Assembly: GCA_944391735.1 (NCBI GenBank)
Contig: CALXUR010000005.1
Coordinates: 6,428 to 70,427, forward strand
Source: an uncultured Alphaproteobacteria bacterium
Lineage (GTDB): Bacteria > Pseudomonadota > Alphaproteobacteria > CAAHEQ01 > UBA3637
DNA: 64,000 nucleotides
Reading direction: 5' to 3'
Position numbers and translations under genes: made by a program. Shown here in pieces: positions 7,468 to 16,105 of the stretch. Below the pieces are notes generated by a model. The model saw only the letters and a list, made by a program, of their open reading frames with translations. It was not told where the DNA came from and ran no database searches. Every line of letters starts with the position of its first letter. The first letter of the stretch is position 1.

Positions 7468-7505
7468 AGGTAAATTCCCGGCGAGCAGAAAAATTTCCCA
7501 AAAAA
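7468..7505. repeat. 38-bp direct repeat, copy 2
   Basis: Identical to 4460-4497. Confidence 0.95.
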
Positions 7506-7759
7506 AATAAAAAAAATTTTATAAGGGGGAGTGTGGACAGTATATGTCATTGAATTATAACAATAAAAAATACGTGGCTAGTATCCCCACCTTGGGTGTC
7601 CGATGTGGTCGTAAAAACACGTCCACGTGGTAGGATTTTTTATTATAATTGAAAAAAAATGCTTGTGTTTTTCTACAAAAATGGCTATATTGAATGCATG
7701 AAGAAAAAAGTCGGTTTTACTGGTATCAATTTTCTGATTATACCCTAGTGTGGCCGACC

Positions 7760-7800
7760 AATAAAAATAAGCAGGCTTTATGGGCCTGCTTATTTTATTG
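7760..7800. terminator. Bidirectional intrinsic terminator-like hairpin
   Basis: AATAAAAATAAGCAGGC-tttatgg-GCCTGCTTATTTTATT. Confidence 0.7.
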
Positions 7801-7932
7801 TGTCAGCGGGGCTTGAAGCCACGAGGCAGTGGGTTCGGCCGCGGGCACCGGCGGACGGCAGGACGCCGAAAAAGTGTCAAGGCAATGTCCGATAGGACAG
7901 CCCTTTAGGGTGAGCGTTGGAACAACGCGAAT

Positions 7933-7952
7933 AAATCCCGCCATTCCGACCA
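7933..7952 (+). pseudogene. tRNA-Pro 3'-end fragment (att-like remnant)
   Basis: AAATCCCGCCATTCCGACCA = T-loop 3' part, T-stem CCCGC, acceptor strand CATTCCG, A73 and CCA. G72/A73 are tRNA-Pro identity elements. No 5' half is present. Confidence 0.65.
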
Positions 7953-8381
7953 ATAAAGTTAATATATTGTAAATACTTTAAACTTTACTCCTTGATAATT
8001 TAGATCGAGGCGTTTTTTATATAAAAGTCATTGAGTATATCAGGGTTAGCATAGAAAAATTGTGCCACCCCAATAATTCAGCTCATTTCTGTTGTATGCG
8101 CTCTTCAATCAAAGGATGGGTATCCTTAACATCAACACCAAATTATTATAAAGGAGTATGACATGAAAGAATATGGTCTTATGAAAGAAACAGAAAGCAA
8201 AACGGAATCATATTTGCTGATAGACATTTTCAAAAAAAGCAAGGTGGTCGTTAAAAACTAAAGAAAAATAAAGGGGAATAATGGAGTTGTTTTTTATTCC
8301 ATTTTTATACCTTTAAGTTCCCTTGTATTTAAAAAAAATCCTCCTATATAATTTTTGTATTTTATCATAGGAGGAGAAAAT

Positions 8382-8678
8382 ATGCCTGAATTTGCAAATA
8401 TTAACAGTGTTTACGCACCGGTTAAAAAATTAAGCGAAATTGAAATGTTACGCGCCATCAAGTTCGCAATCGCCTCGGAGTATGAAGCGATACAGCTTTA
8501 TCAACAAATTATGGAATCGACAGACAACAAAGATGTTCAAATTGTTTTATCCGATGTTGCAAAAGAGGAAAAACACCATGTCGGTGAGTTGAGGAAACTA
8601 TTGGAAATTTTATCACCGGACGATGAAAAAGAGTATCAACATGGGGATCAGGAAACCATAGAAAATCTGGAAAAATAA
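8382..8678 (+). CDS. Short ferritin/rubrerythrin-like protein
   Basis: IASEYEAIQLY...DVAKEEKHHVGE di-iron ExxH-type ligands. Start at MPEF (RBS GGAGG). Confidence 0.8.
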   Translation: MPEFANINSVYAPVKKLSEIEMLRAIKFAIASEYEAIQLYQQIMESTDNKDVQIVLSDVAKEEKHHVGELRKLLEILSPDDEKEYQHGDQETIENLEK

Positions 8679-8704
8679 AAAAAGCGGGACACACCGCTTT
8701 TTTT
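8677..8704 (+). terminator. Intrinsic terminator
   Basis: AAAAAAAGCGG-gacaca-CCGCTTTTTTT. Confidence 0.75.
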
Positions 8705-8754
8705 TATTGCCTTTCATTAAGAACTTTTGTATCCTTTTATTGAAAGGATATTTT

Positions 8755-9294
8755 ATGTTACATTTAATTTACCCGCAACCCGATTTTTTAGAAACATTTC
8801 GACAAGGACTGACCGAAATACGAAACAACCGGACACCTTATGATTTACGGGCCGTTCAACAAGCCATTTCATTTATGGACAATGATTTTGAGGGATACTG
8901 GGATTACCTGGACAAAAGTGAGTCTCAAGACCAACCGGAAGGATATGTTCCAAGCACAACTCTTTGGTTGATGAACGGAAATAAGTTTGTGGGATTATAT
9001 GATATTCGTCATTATTTAACGCCGGCTCTTGAAAAACAAGGCGGACATATCGGATACCAAATTATTCCGTCCGAACGGGGACAAGGATACGTTCGGGATG
9101 GACTAAAGCTTGTTCTGGAATGGTGCCGGTCTCATTTAAATTTAGAGACCGTGTTATTATGTTGCAATCAAAAAAATACGGCTTCTTATCGGGCAATGAC
9201 ATCGGTCATGCGTGAGATGGGCGGATACGAAAGACCGGTGATTGAAATTGACAATCAGTTGGAATGTTCCGTTTGGATTAAGACAAAAAAATAA
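8755..9294 (+). CDS. GNAT family N-acetyltransferase
   Basis: VPSTTLWL...GGHIGYQIIPSERGQGY...N.ASYRAM. Start at MLHL. Confidence 0.85.
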   Translation: MLHLIYPQPDFLETFRQGLTEIRNNRTPYDLRAVQQAISFMDNDFEGYWDYLDKSESQDQPEGYVPSTTLWLMNGNKFVGLYDIRHYLTPALEKQGGHIGYQIIPSERGQGYVRDGLKLVLEWCRSHLNLETVLLCCNQKNTASYRAMTSVMREMGGYERPVIEIDNQLECSVWIKTKK

Positions 9295-9368
9295 AAAATT
9301 CCGCTAAAAGGTGTACTTTTGTCGGTCGAGTGCCTATATAATCCATCTAATATGACAAGGAGACAAAC

Positions 9369-10316
9369 ATGAAAACAATATTGGTTACCGGAGGAACCGG
9401 ATTTTTAGGATCCAACCTATGCCGGCGTTTAATCAGCGAAGGGAATCGGGTGATTTGTGTCGACAACAATTACACGGGAACATTGGAAAACGTAAAGGAC
9501 ATCGCGTCTCACCCCAACTTTACTTTTATACAGCACGACATTACAAATCCTTTATCCGTAGACAAACAGATTGACCAGATTTACAATTTAGCCTGCCCGG
9601 CATCGCCGCCCGCATATCAAGGAAAGCATGCGATTGAGACAACAAAAACGTGTGTTTTAGGTGCTTTAAATATGCTTGAATTGGCCAAAAAGAACAAAGC
9701 GACAATCCTGCAAGCATCTACATCCGAAGTGTATGGTGAGCCTCTGGTTCATCCGCAACCGGAAAGCTATCGTGGAAATGTGAACCCGATCGGCATTCGG
9801 GCGTGTTATGATGAGGGAAAACGATGTGCCGAAAGTCTGTTCTTTGATTACCACAGACACGAGGGTGTCGATATCAAAATCATTCGTATTTTTAATACAT
9901 ACGGTCCGGGAATGGATCCCAAAGACGGTCGGGTTGTCAGTAACTTTATCTGTCAGGCGTTAAAAGGCGAAGATATAACAATCTATGGAACGGGAGAACA
10001 AACACGCTCTTTCTGTTATGTGGATGATTTAATCGAGGCCATGATTCGTATGATGAATTCCGAAAAAGGATTTACGGGACCTGTCAATACGGGAAACCCC
10101 GGAGAATTTACCATGAAAGAGCTGGCGGAAAAGGTTTTGGCATTAATCGGCTCTTCTTCCAAAGTTATTTTTTGTGATTTGCCGAAAGACGATCCGACAC
10201 AACGGCGACCGGATATTTCTCTCGCCCAAGAAAAATTGGGATGGCATCCGTCCGTTCCTTTGGATGAAGGACTGGTTAAGACTATTTTTTATTTCAGAAA
10301 AAAATTGGGGATTTAA
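9369..10316 (+). CDS. uxs: UDP-glucuronate decarboxylase (UDP-xylose synthase, extended SDR)
   Basis: [41 protein letters not shown]. Confidence 0.9.
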   Translation: MKTILVTGGTGFLGSNLCRRLISEGNRVICVDNNYTGTLENVKDIASHPNFTFIQHDITNPLSVDKQIDQIYNLACPASPPAYQGKHAIETTKTCVLGALNMLELAKKNKATILQASTSEVYGEPLVHPQPESYRGNVNPIGIRACYDEGKRCAESLFFDYHRHEGVDIKIIRIFNTYGPGMDPKDGRVVSNFICQALKGEDITIYGTGEQTRSFCYVDDLIEAMIRMMNSEKGFTGPVNTGNPGEFTMKELAEKVLALIGSSSKVIFCDLPKDDPTQRRPDISLAQEKLGWHPSVPLDEGLVKTIFYFRKKLGI

Positions 10317-10332
10317 TCAAATCCCCTTTTCA

Positions 10333-11634
10333 TCAAACCCGTCCGATGCCACGGTATTCAAAACCGTATCGTCTGGCTTTTTCGGCGTTCAGCATATTTC
10401 GGCAATCCACGATTTTTCGTCGACGCATGGATTGGGCAAGACGTTCAAAATCAATATTTTTAAACTCTTTCCATTCCGTTAAAATAACCAAAACATCAGC
10501 TCCTTCGGCGGCCTTATATAAAGAATCGGCATATTTAATTTTATTACTTAAAAGATTTTTCGCCGTTACCATTGCTTTCGGATCATAAGCCGTCACAGAC
10601 ACATCCGATTGAAGCAATTCCGCAACAACATCCATGGCGGGGCTTTCACGACAATCATCCGTTCCATCTTTAAAGGCCAATCCTAAAACAGCAATTTTAG
10701 GAGAAGAAATATCACGAACCATATTTAAAATACGACAAGCCATTTTTTTCTTTCGGGAACGATTTCCTTCAATGGCAGTCTCTATCAATGTTAAAGGCGT
10801 ATCGTTTTGACGCCCCATACAAGCCATAGCCATTGTATCTTTGGGGAAACAGCTGCCACCGTATCCGGGACCCGGGATTAAAAAACGGGAGCCGATACGT
10901 GTATCCAATCCCATTCCCTGAGCCACCTCCAGCACGTCGGCCTCTATCTTTTCACAAAAATCAGCCATTTCATTGATGTAATGAATTTTAATAGCTAAAA
11001 AGGCATTAGAGGCATATTTTATTGTTTCGCTGGAACGGCGTTTAACAAACAAAAAGTGTGTTTTTCCGTCAAACGGTTCATATAACTTGCGAACAACATC
11101 TTCGGCCCGCTTGGAATTGGTTCCGACAATAATTCTGTCCGGATGGAAAAAATCATGAACGGCAAATCCTTCCCGTAAAAACTCGGGCAAAGAAATGACA
11201 TCAAAATCAGCCTGCGGATTATGTTCGGAAATAATTTGTTCCAACTGATCTCCCGTTCCGACAGGGACGGTTGATTTTGTTGCAACAACCGTATACCTGG
11301 TCAGATAATCGGCCATTTCGGCAACAGCCTCATACACAAAACGTAAGTCAGCTTCTTTTGTTACCGGATGCGGCGGTGTCCCGACCGCCAAAATAACCAT
11401 ATCGGCATCAGACACCCCTTCTTTCATGGATGTTGTGAATTTTAAGCGGCCGTTTTTCACATTCTTGTTAAAAAGATCTTCAAGACCATCTTCATACAAT
11501 GTGATTTTACCATTTTTTAAATCATTGATTTTATTTTCATTTTTGTCAATACAAACAACCGTGTTTCCCAACTCGGCAAATCCGACGCCCGTCGGCAAAC
11601 CAACATATCCCGTTCCGATAATCCCTATTTTCAT
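10333..11634 (-). CDS. ugd: UDP-glucose 6-dehydrogenase
   Basis: GTGYVGL, KSTVPVG, PEFLREG, GPGYGGSCFPKD. Start at MKIG. Confidence 0.92.
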   Translation of the reverse strand: MKIGIIGTGYVGLPTGVGFAELGNTVVCIDKNENKINDLKNGKITLYEDGLEDLFNKNVKNGRLKFTTSMKEGVSDADMVILAVGTPPHPVTKEADLRFVYEAVAEMADYLTRYTVVATKSTVPVGTGDQLEQIISEHNPQADFDVISLPEFLREGFAVHDFFHPDRIIVGTNSKRAEDVVRKLYEPFDGKTHFLFVKRRSSETIKYASNAFLAIKIHYINEMADFCEKIEADVLEVAQGMGLDTRIGSRFLIPGPGYGGSCFPKDTMAMACMGRQNDTPLTLIETAIEGNRSRKKKMACRILNMVRDISSPKIAVLGLAFKDGTDDCRESPAMDVVAELLQSDVSVTAYDPKAMVTAKNLLSNKIKYADSLYKAAEGADVLVILTEWKEFKNIDFERLAQSMRRRKIVDCRNMLNAEKARRYGFEYRGIGRV

Positions 11635-11765
11635 TTTGTCCCCTATTTTTAATATCCTATTATTTAGTCTATTTTTTATCAAAAATCAAGAGGAGAATCT
11701 TATCTTATTTTATTTGAATTTTAAAATATAATTTGATATTCTTTAATACGAGGGGATGAATACCG

Positions 11766-12362
11766 ATGACATATTACCTGGTTGATCTGGATAACACACT
11801 GCTTCATACGTTTAAATGTAAGGAAAACGGAAAAATATCTTTTTATTGGACAAGTGATTTCGAAAAAGATTTTAAGAAACCTGTTTCCATCTTGGACGAA
11901 TTATTTCAAGGCATGTTTCTTGTTTATCTGCAAACAGAAACCAATTTGGGTAGTTACGTCAGTCCTTTTTTAGAAAAATACGGTTTGCAAATAAAGCCTG
12001 ATGCCTTTATAGATTACTGGCTATCACGGGATAATAATCTGAATCAAGATTGTTGGCAATGGATTTGCAATCAAAAACGAAAAGGGCATCGCTTTTCCAT
12101 TGCCAGTAATCAACCGGAAATTCGAATGCAATATTTATGGCAACACAGACCGGAGTGGCACACAGTTTTTGATCATGTTTTTACATCGGCACGGTTGGGG
12201 GTCGGGAAACCGGATCCGACGTTCTTTTTACATATTCAAAAACAACTTCAAACTTCTTTCCAAAATATATGCCTGATAGACGACAGTTCTGATAATTGTC
12301 AAACAGCCCATCAATTAGGCATGGATGCAATTTTATTTCGAACAGCGGAGGATTTGCCATGA
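11766..12362 (+). CDS. HAD-family hydrolase (subfamily IA-like)
   Basis: VDLDNTL (DxD), SNQ, GKPDP, IDDSSDN. Confidence 0.85.
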   Translation: MTYYLVDLDNTLLHTFKCKENGKISFYWTSDFEKDFKKPVSILDELFQGMFLVYLQTETNLGSYVSPFLEKYGLQIKPDAFIDYWLSRDNNLNQDCWQWICNQKRKGHRFSIASNQPEIRMQYLWQHRPEWHTVFDHVFTSARLGVGKPDPTFFLHIQKQLQTSFQNICLIDDSSDNCQTAHQLGMDAILFRTAEDLP

Positions 12363-13363
12363 CTGTCCCCTCACCGATTTTAACATATTGTCATTCTGTT
12401 TATGCCCAAAAAGACTCCATGCATGGCATAGATCATATTAAACGGCTTATTCAAAAAACAAAAGAATATATTGATTTGAATGATACCCTTGAAATATCCA
12501 TTTGGCTTCACGGTTTAATTGAAACACATGAACCCCAAATACGTAACCTTTTGACCTTACATAATTTACCGGTTGAAACAATCATTCGCATTGCACGGGA
12601 CAGTCTGAAAAATGAACACCCAACAACTTGGGAAGGAGCCTGGATCCATGACATGCATTTATTGGAGGGAAATGACGATTTCTTATTCATAAAAAGCGTT
12701 CTGACAGGCTATGCGCGGGGGCAAACTCTTGCGGAAACAATAGATTATTACAAACGTTATTTATATCGTAAAAATAAGTGCGCCCTCTCCCAAAACCAAA
12801 AGCTTTTTAAAAAACGGGAGAAACGTGCCGAGGAGTTGTTTCAGGCGATTTCATTCCTGGCGGAACATCCTTGTTCCGAATTAAAAGACACCCTTATTTT
12901 CACGGTTAAGGCCTTTATGGAAACACACAATGAAAAACCAGCTTTGCTGCACTCCATTCGTGTTTGCCGGCGGTTATTTGAAAAAGGCTATCCTCTTCCG
13001 ATTTTACAAGCGGCGATGATGCATGATATTGTTGAAGATACTCAAACAAGTCTTGATGAGATTCGAAAAACATTCGGCAATACGTCGGCCGGTTTAGTTC
13101 GCTTAATGACGATTTCAAATACCGGAGATTATGAAACCGATTACCGTCGAAACATGGAAGCCATGAGACATAATACTGACGCTTTGATCATACGGTGCGC
13201 TGATTTAATTGATAACGCGCCCTATATCAGGCAAAGAGAAAACAATCCCGTTTGGCAAAAACAATGTTACTTTTATAAAACATTTGAATCGATATTACAC
13301 CAAGAAGCTATTTGGATTGATTTCGAAAAGAACATGAATTCGTGTTGCAAAAAAGGAGGATAA
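12359..13363 (+). CDS. Tandem HD-like / small-alarmone-hydrolase-like (Mesh1/SpoT HD) protein
   Basis: N-terminal MHGIDH..WLHG..IHDMHLLEG domain; C-terminal LHSIRV..MMHDIVEDT..LVRLMT..RCADLIDN. ATGA overlap with the HAD gene. Confidence 0.7.
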   Translation: MTVPSPILTYCHSVYAQKDSMHGIDHIKRLIQKTKEYIDLNDTLEISIWLHGLIETHEPQIRNLLTLHNLPVETIIRIARDSLKNEHPTTWEGAWIHDMHLLEGNDDFLFIKSVLTGYARGQTLAETIDYYKRYLYRKNKCALSQNQKLFKKREKRAEELFQAISFLAEHPCSELKDTLIFTVKAFMETHNEKPALLHSIRVCRRLFEKGYPLPILQAAMMHDIVEDTQTSLDEIRKTFGNTSAGLVRLMTISNTGDYETDYRRNMEAMRHNTDALIIRCADLIDNAPYIRQRENNPVWQKQCYFYKTFESILHQEAIWIDFEKNMNSCCKKGG

Positions 13364-14168
13364 ATGAATTCAACATGTTATCAAGCGAATAAGGGATTTA
13401 ATTTTAACATATATACTCCAACGTGTGATGAGGCTTTTAAACTTTTATCTAATAACCTCAGGCAACTTTCCTGGTATCAAAAAAAATGGTTATTTGTCCC
13501 GAATTCGCCTATTTCAAAACAGTCCTTATCCGCTCATTCAAGACATACTGAAAGAATATTCATTTGATGAATTATCACGAATATCCCATTCTATGTTGAA
13601 ACAAAAATACATTGAAAGATTTGATCAAGAAATATATCGTCCGACTCAAAAAACATATCAACACTTTAAAGAGAAAATTCAATCCATATTACCGACCGTT
13701 CAAAATGTTTATCCCAGAATACAGGCTTTAAACAAAGCATGGGGATTTAAAATATGGCCTCAATATGAAATCCGACCCGATCCGTTTTGTTGTGGCGGAC
13801 AATATTGGCCGGAAGAAAAACAGGACAAAGGAATCATCATTTTAGGGATTGCGAACGGAATTCATCCGGAAAGAATTGTCGGAACGATGATTCATGAAAT
13901 GATCCATACAGGGATTGAATATTTACTCATCAATCCGAATCATGCGGACAATCCCCCTATCAAACACTTTGAAAAAGAAAGGATAGTCGATTATCTCTGT
14001 CGTTATGTTTGCGCAGAAGATCCGGCTTGGCACAGGCGGTATACTTGGAAAGACGGCTCCCAGCATCCTTATCAGGAAGCCACCCAAAATTACAGCTATA
14101 TGGATAACCTTATCGGACATCAACCCGAAACAAATCCAGTCAAAAACATTCAACGTTTTTTAGAATAA
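13364..14168 (+). pseudogene. HExxH (zincin-like) protein split by a +1 frameshift at an A8 tract
   Basis: RBS GGAGG start at 13364 (frame A). The HEMIH-containing frame B continues after A8 at 13479-13486. Span 805 nt = 3n+1. Confidence 0.65.
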
Positions 14169-14178
14169 AGGAGAAAAG

Positions 14179-14964
14179 ATGAAACGTGTCGTTATATCCG
14201 GCAGCAGCAAATTACTCGATAAAATCAAGCAATGGTGTTCTTTTTTTGAGCAACACGGCTGTCATGTTATCGGAAAGCCGGAAGCATTGTCTGAATCAAA
14301 TTTTTTACAAGAATTATCGGTGGTTCATAGTCGTTTTTATCAAGCACTTGATGCGTGTGATATTTTATTTGTCGCGAATGAAGATAAAAACGGCGTATCC
14401 GGATACATCGGTCCTTCTGCTTTTTCCGAAATCAACTATGCAATCGCCCAAAATTTAAATCATGGTAAACAGATCTTAATTTTCATACGTCAAATGCCGG
14501 ATAAAAACCTCCCCGTTTACGAAGAAATATCGAGTTATTTATCTTTAGGATGGATTTATCTCTGGCCGGATGAACCGCCTAAACAATTTGTAAGAGTCCT
14601 GTTAAAAAAAGGGGACGAGTATTTAGTCATTAAAGAAGTCAAACCAAACGGATATAATTTTTGGAATTTCCCCGGTGGAAAAATAGAAACCGATGAAATA
14701 CCGGAACAGGCAGCTATCCGCGAAATAAAAGAAGAAACGAACATTGTCTCCCAGAATATGACATTGTTGGGTCTTTACAATTGTTTTTATTCAATCGGAC
14801 TATGGAAAGGGTATTTCTTTCTGTGCACGGATTTTGATATGAGTCATTTTCGAATATCGGAGCCGACTAAATGCCATGGCTTTGCTTGGTTGAATATAGA
14901 TGAAATTCGCAAAATTCAACCAAACGGTGTATTTCAGGAGATATTGGATCAATTAGAATCATAA
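14179..14964 (+). CDS. Nucleoside-deoxyribosyltransferase-like domain fused to NUDIX hydrolase
   Basis: N-terminal VISGS..DACDILFVANEDKNG..YIGPSAFSEINYA; C-terminal Nudix box GGKIETDEIPEQAAIREIKEETNI. Confidence 0.7.
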   Translation: MKRVVISGSSKLLDKIKQWCSFFEQHGCHVIGKPEALSESNFLQELSVVHSRFYQALDACDILFVANEDKNGVSGYIGPSAFSEINYAIAQNLNHGKQILIFIRQMPDKNLPVYEEISSYLSLGWIYLWPDEPPKQFVRVLLKKGDEYLVIKEVKPNGYNFWNFPGGKIETDEIPEQAAIREIKEETNIVSQNMTLLGLYNCFYSIGLWKGYFFLCTDFDMSHFRISEPTKCHGFAWLNIDEIRKIQPNGVFQEILDQLES

Positions 14965-14990
14965 AAAAGGAGGGGATTGCCCTCCTTTTT
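14963..14990. terminator. Bidirectional terminator
   Basis: AAAAAAGGAGGG-gattg-CCCTCCTTTTTT. Confidence 0.8.
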
Positions 14991-15157
14991 TGTTGCAATC
15001 CGACTAACGACCGTCATGACCGCCTTGTTTTGCCAACAGAGCATTGATTTTAATCAAAGCCTGATCCCGTGTCTGTGTTGCCACGCGATACAGTTCCGGA
15101 TTCGTATCCTTGATTTTATCAACCATTAACATACGTGTTTCAAAATATTCCTTATAT

Positions 15158-16090
15158 CTAAATTTTCATAATTTTTATTTCTTTTTTCAATACGTTAAAC
15201 AACAAAGGACTACTGTGTCCTTTATCCGGCACAATCACTAATTTGGATTGAGGCAAAACCCGATGTAAATCAAAGGCTTGTTCAACGGGACAACAAAAAT
15301 CCAATCGATTATGAACAATCAAAGTCGGAATATTTTGAATTCTTTGAATATTCTGTAAAAGTTGATTTTCCTGAACGAAAAAATGATTTTTTTCATAATG
15401 CAGGTAAATCCGCATAAAACGAATGGAGGCATCCGTCAAGGCCGGTGTTTCATTAAAAGAAGCCTCCGTTTTTCCCAACATTTTTTCATAAACGGCGTAA
15501 TATTTCTGAACTTGTTGTAAGTCTTTATATTTATCCGAAAAAATCAAGCGATGATAGAATGAGACAATATCGTCTGTTCCGGCCTGTCGCCTCATTTCAT
15601 CAATTAAATCGGGGTAAAACAAACGGCTGGTATGAGAAACCCATCTGGCGTCTTGTTCTCGCATTAAAAAAACAGAATTCAAAATCAACCGGTTAACACG
15701 CTTCGGATACGTTTCGGCAAACAAAAGAGCCAAGCCTGCCCCATAGGATCCGCCGGCAACAGTTACCTTTCCTTTGATTTTCAAATAGTCCAACAGCTCT
15801 TTTCCATCTTGAACCGCGGCCGGAGCCGTGTTGTCTTTCAATAAATCGCTATAGCGCGACAATCCGCACCCGCGTTGATCAAACATAATAACGCGCCATT
15901 GTTTCAAATCATAATGAGAAGCGTGTTTTGCCTTACCGCATCCGCCCGGACCACCGTGAAAAAGCAGGACTGCCTGCCCCTTGGGATTACCGAATTGCTG
16001 ATAATAAATATCATGTCCCGAACCAACAGAAAGCCAACCGACATGATAAGGTTTTGGCTCTTTTTTACCGAAAAATAAAAACATATTCAA
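15158..16090 (-). CDS. pip: Proline iminopeptidase (alpha/beta hydrolase S33)
   Basis: FHGGPG, FDQRGCGLS, GGSYG nucleophile, DFCCP, GHS. Confidence 0.85.
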   Translation of the reverse strand: MNMFLFFGKKEPKPYHVGWLSVGSGHDIYYQQFGNPKGQAVLLFHGGPGGCGKAKHASHYDLKQWRVIMFDQRGCGLSRYSDLLKDNTAPAAVQDGKELLDYLKIKGKVTVAGGSYGAGLALLFAETYPKRVNRLILNSVFLMREQDARWVSHTSRLFYPDLIDEMRRQAGTDDIVSFYHRLIFSDKYKDLQQVQKYYAVYEKMLGKTEASFNETPALTDASIRFMRIYLHYEKNHFFVQENQLLQNIQRIQNIPTLIVHNRLDFCCPVEQAFDLHRVLPQSKLVIVPDKGHSSPLLFNVLKKEIKIMKI

Positions 16091-16105
16091 TCTCCTGATA
16101 TCAGA

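Larger units (their letters stand above)
1..7952 (-). mobile_element. Prophage right arm (left part lies outside the window)
   Basis: Co-directional run of large serine recombinase, DUF2924, sigma-like, replication-like, DUF6362-like and ParB-MTase genes plus a cos-like site. It ends at CCGACCA (7754-7760) or the tRNA-Pro 3' fragment (7933-7952). The exact boundary is inferred. Confidence 0.8.

Noticed and set aside
7800-7952. Intact tRNA gene
   Set aside because: Only T-arm and acceptor 3' elements are present. There is no 5' acceptor strand (CGGAATG), D-arm or anticodon arm, and the T-loop is interrupted.
8163-8261. 32-codon ORF with AAGGAG RBS
   Set aside because: Too short and featureless to support without homologs or ribosome profiling.
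15004-15132. 42-codon minus-strand ORF after pip
   Set aside because: Poor RBS spacing and no motif; could be real but is unsupported.
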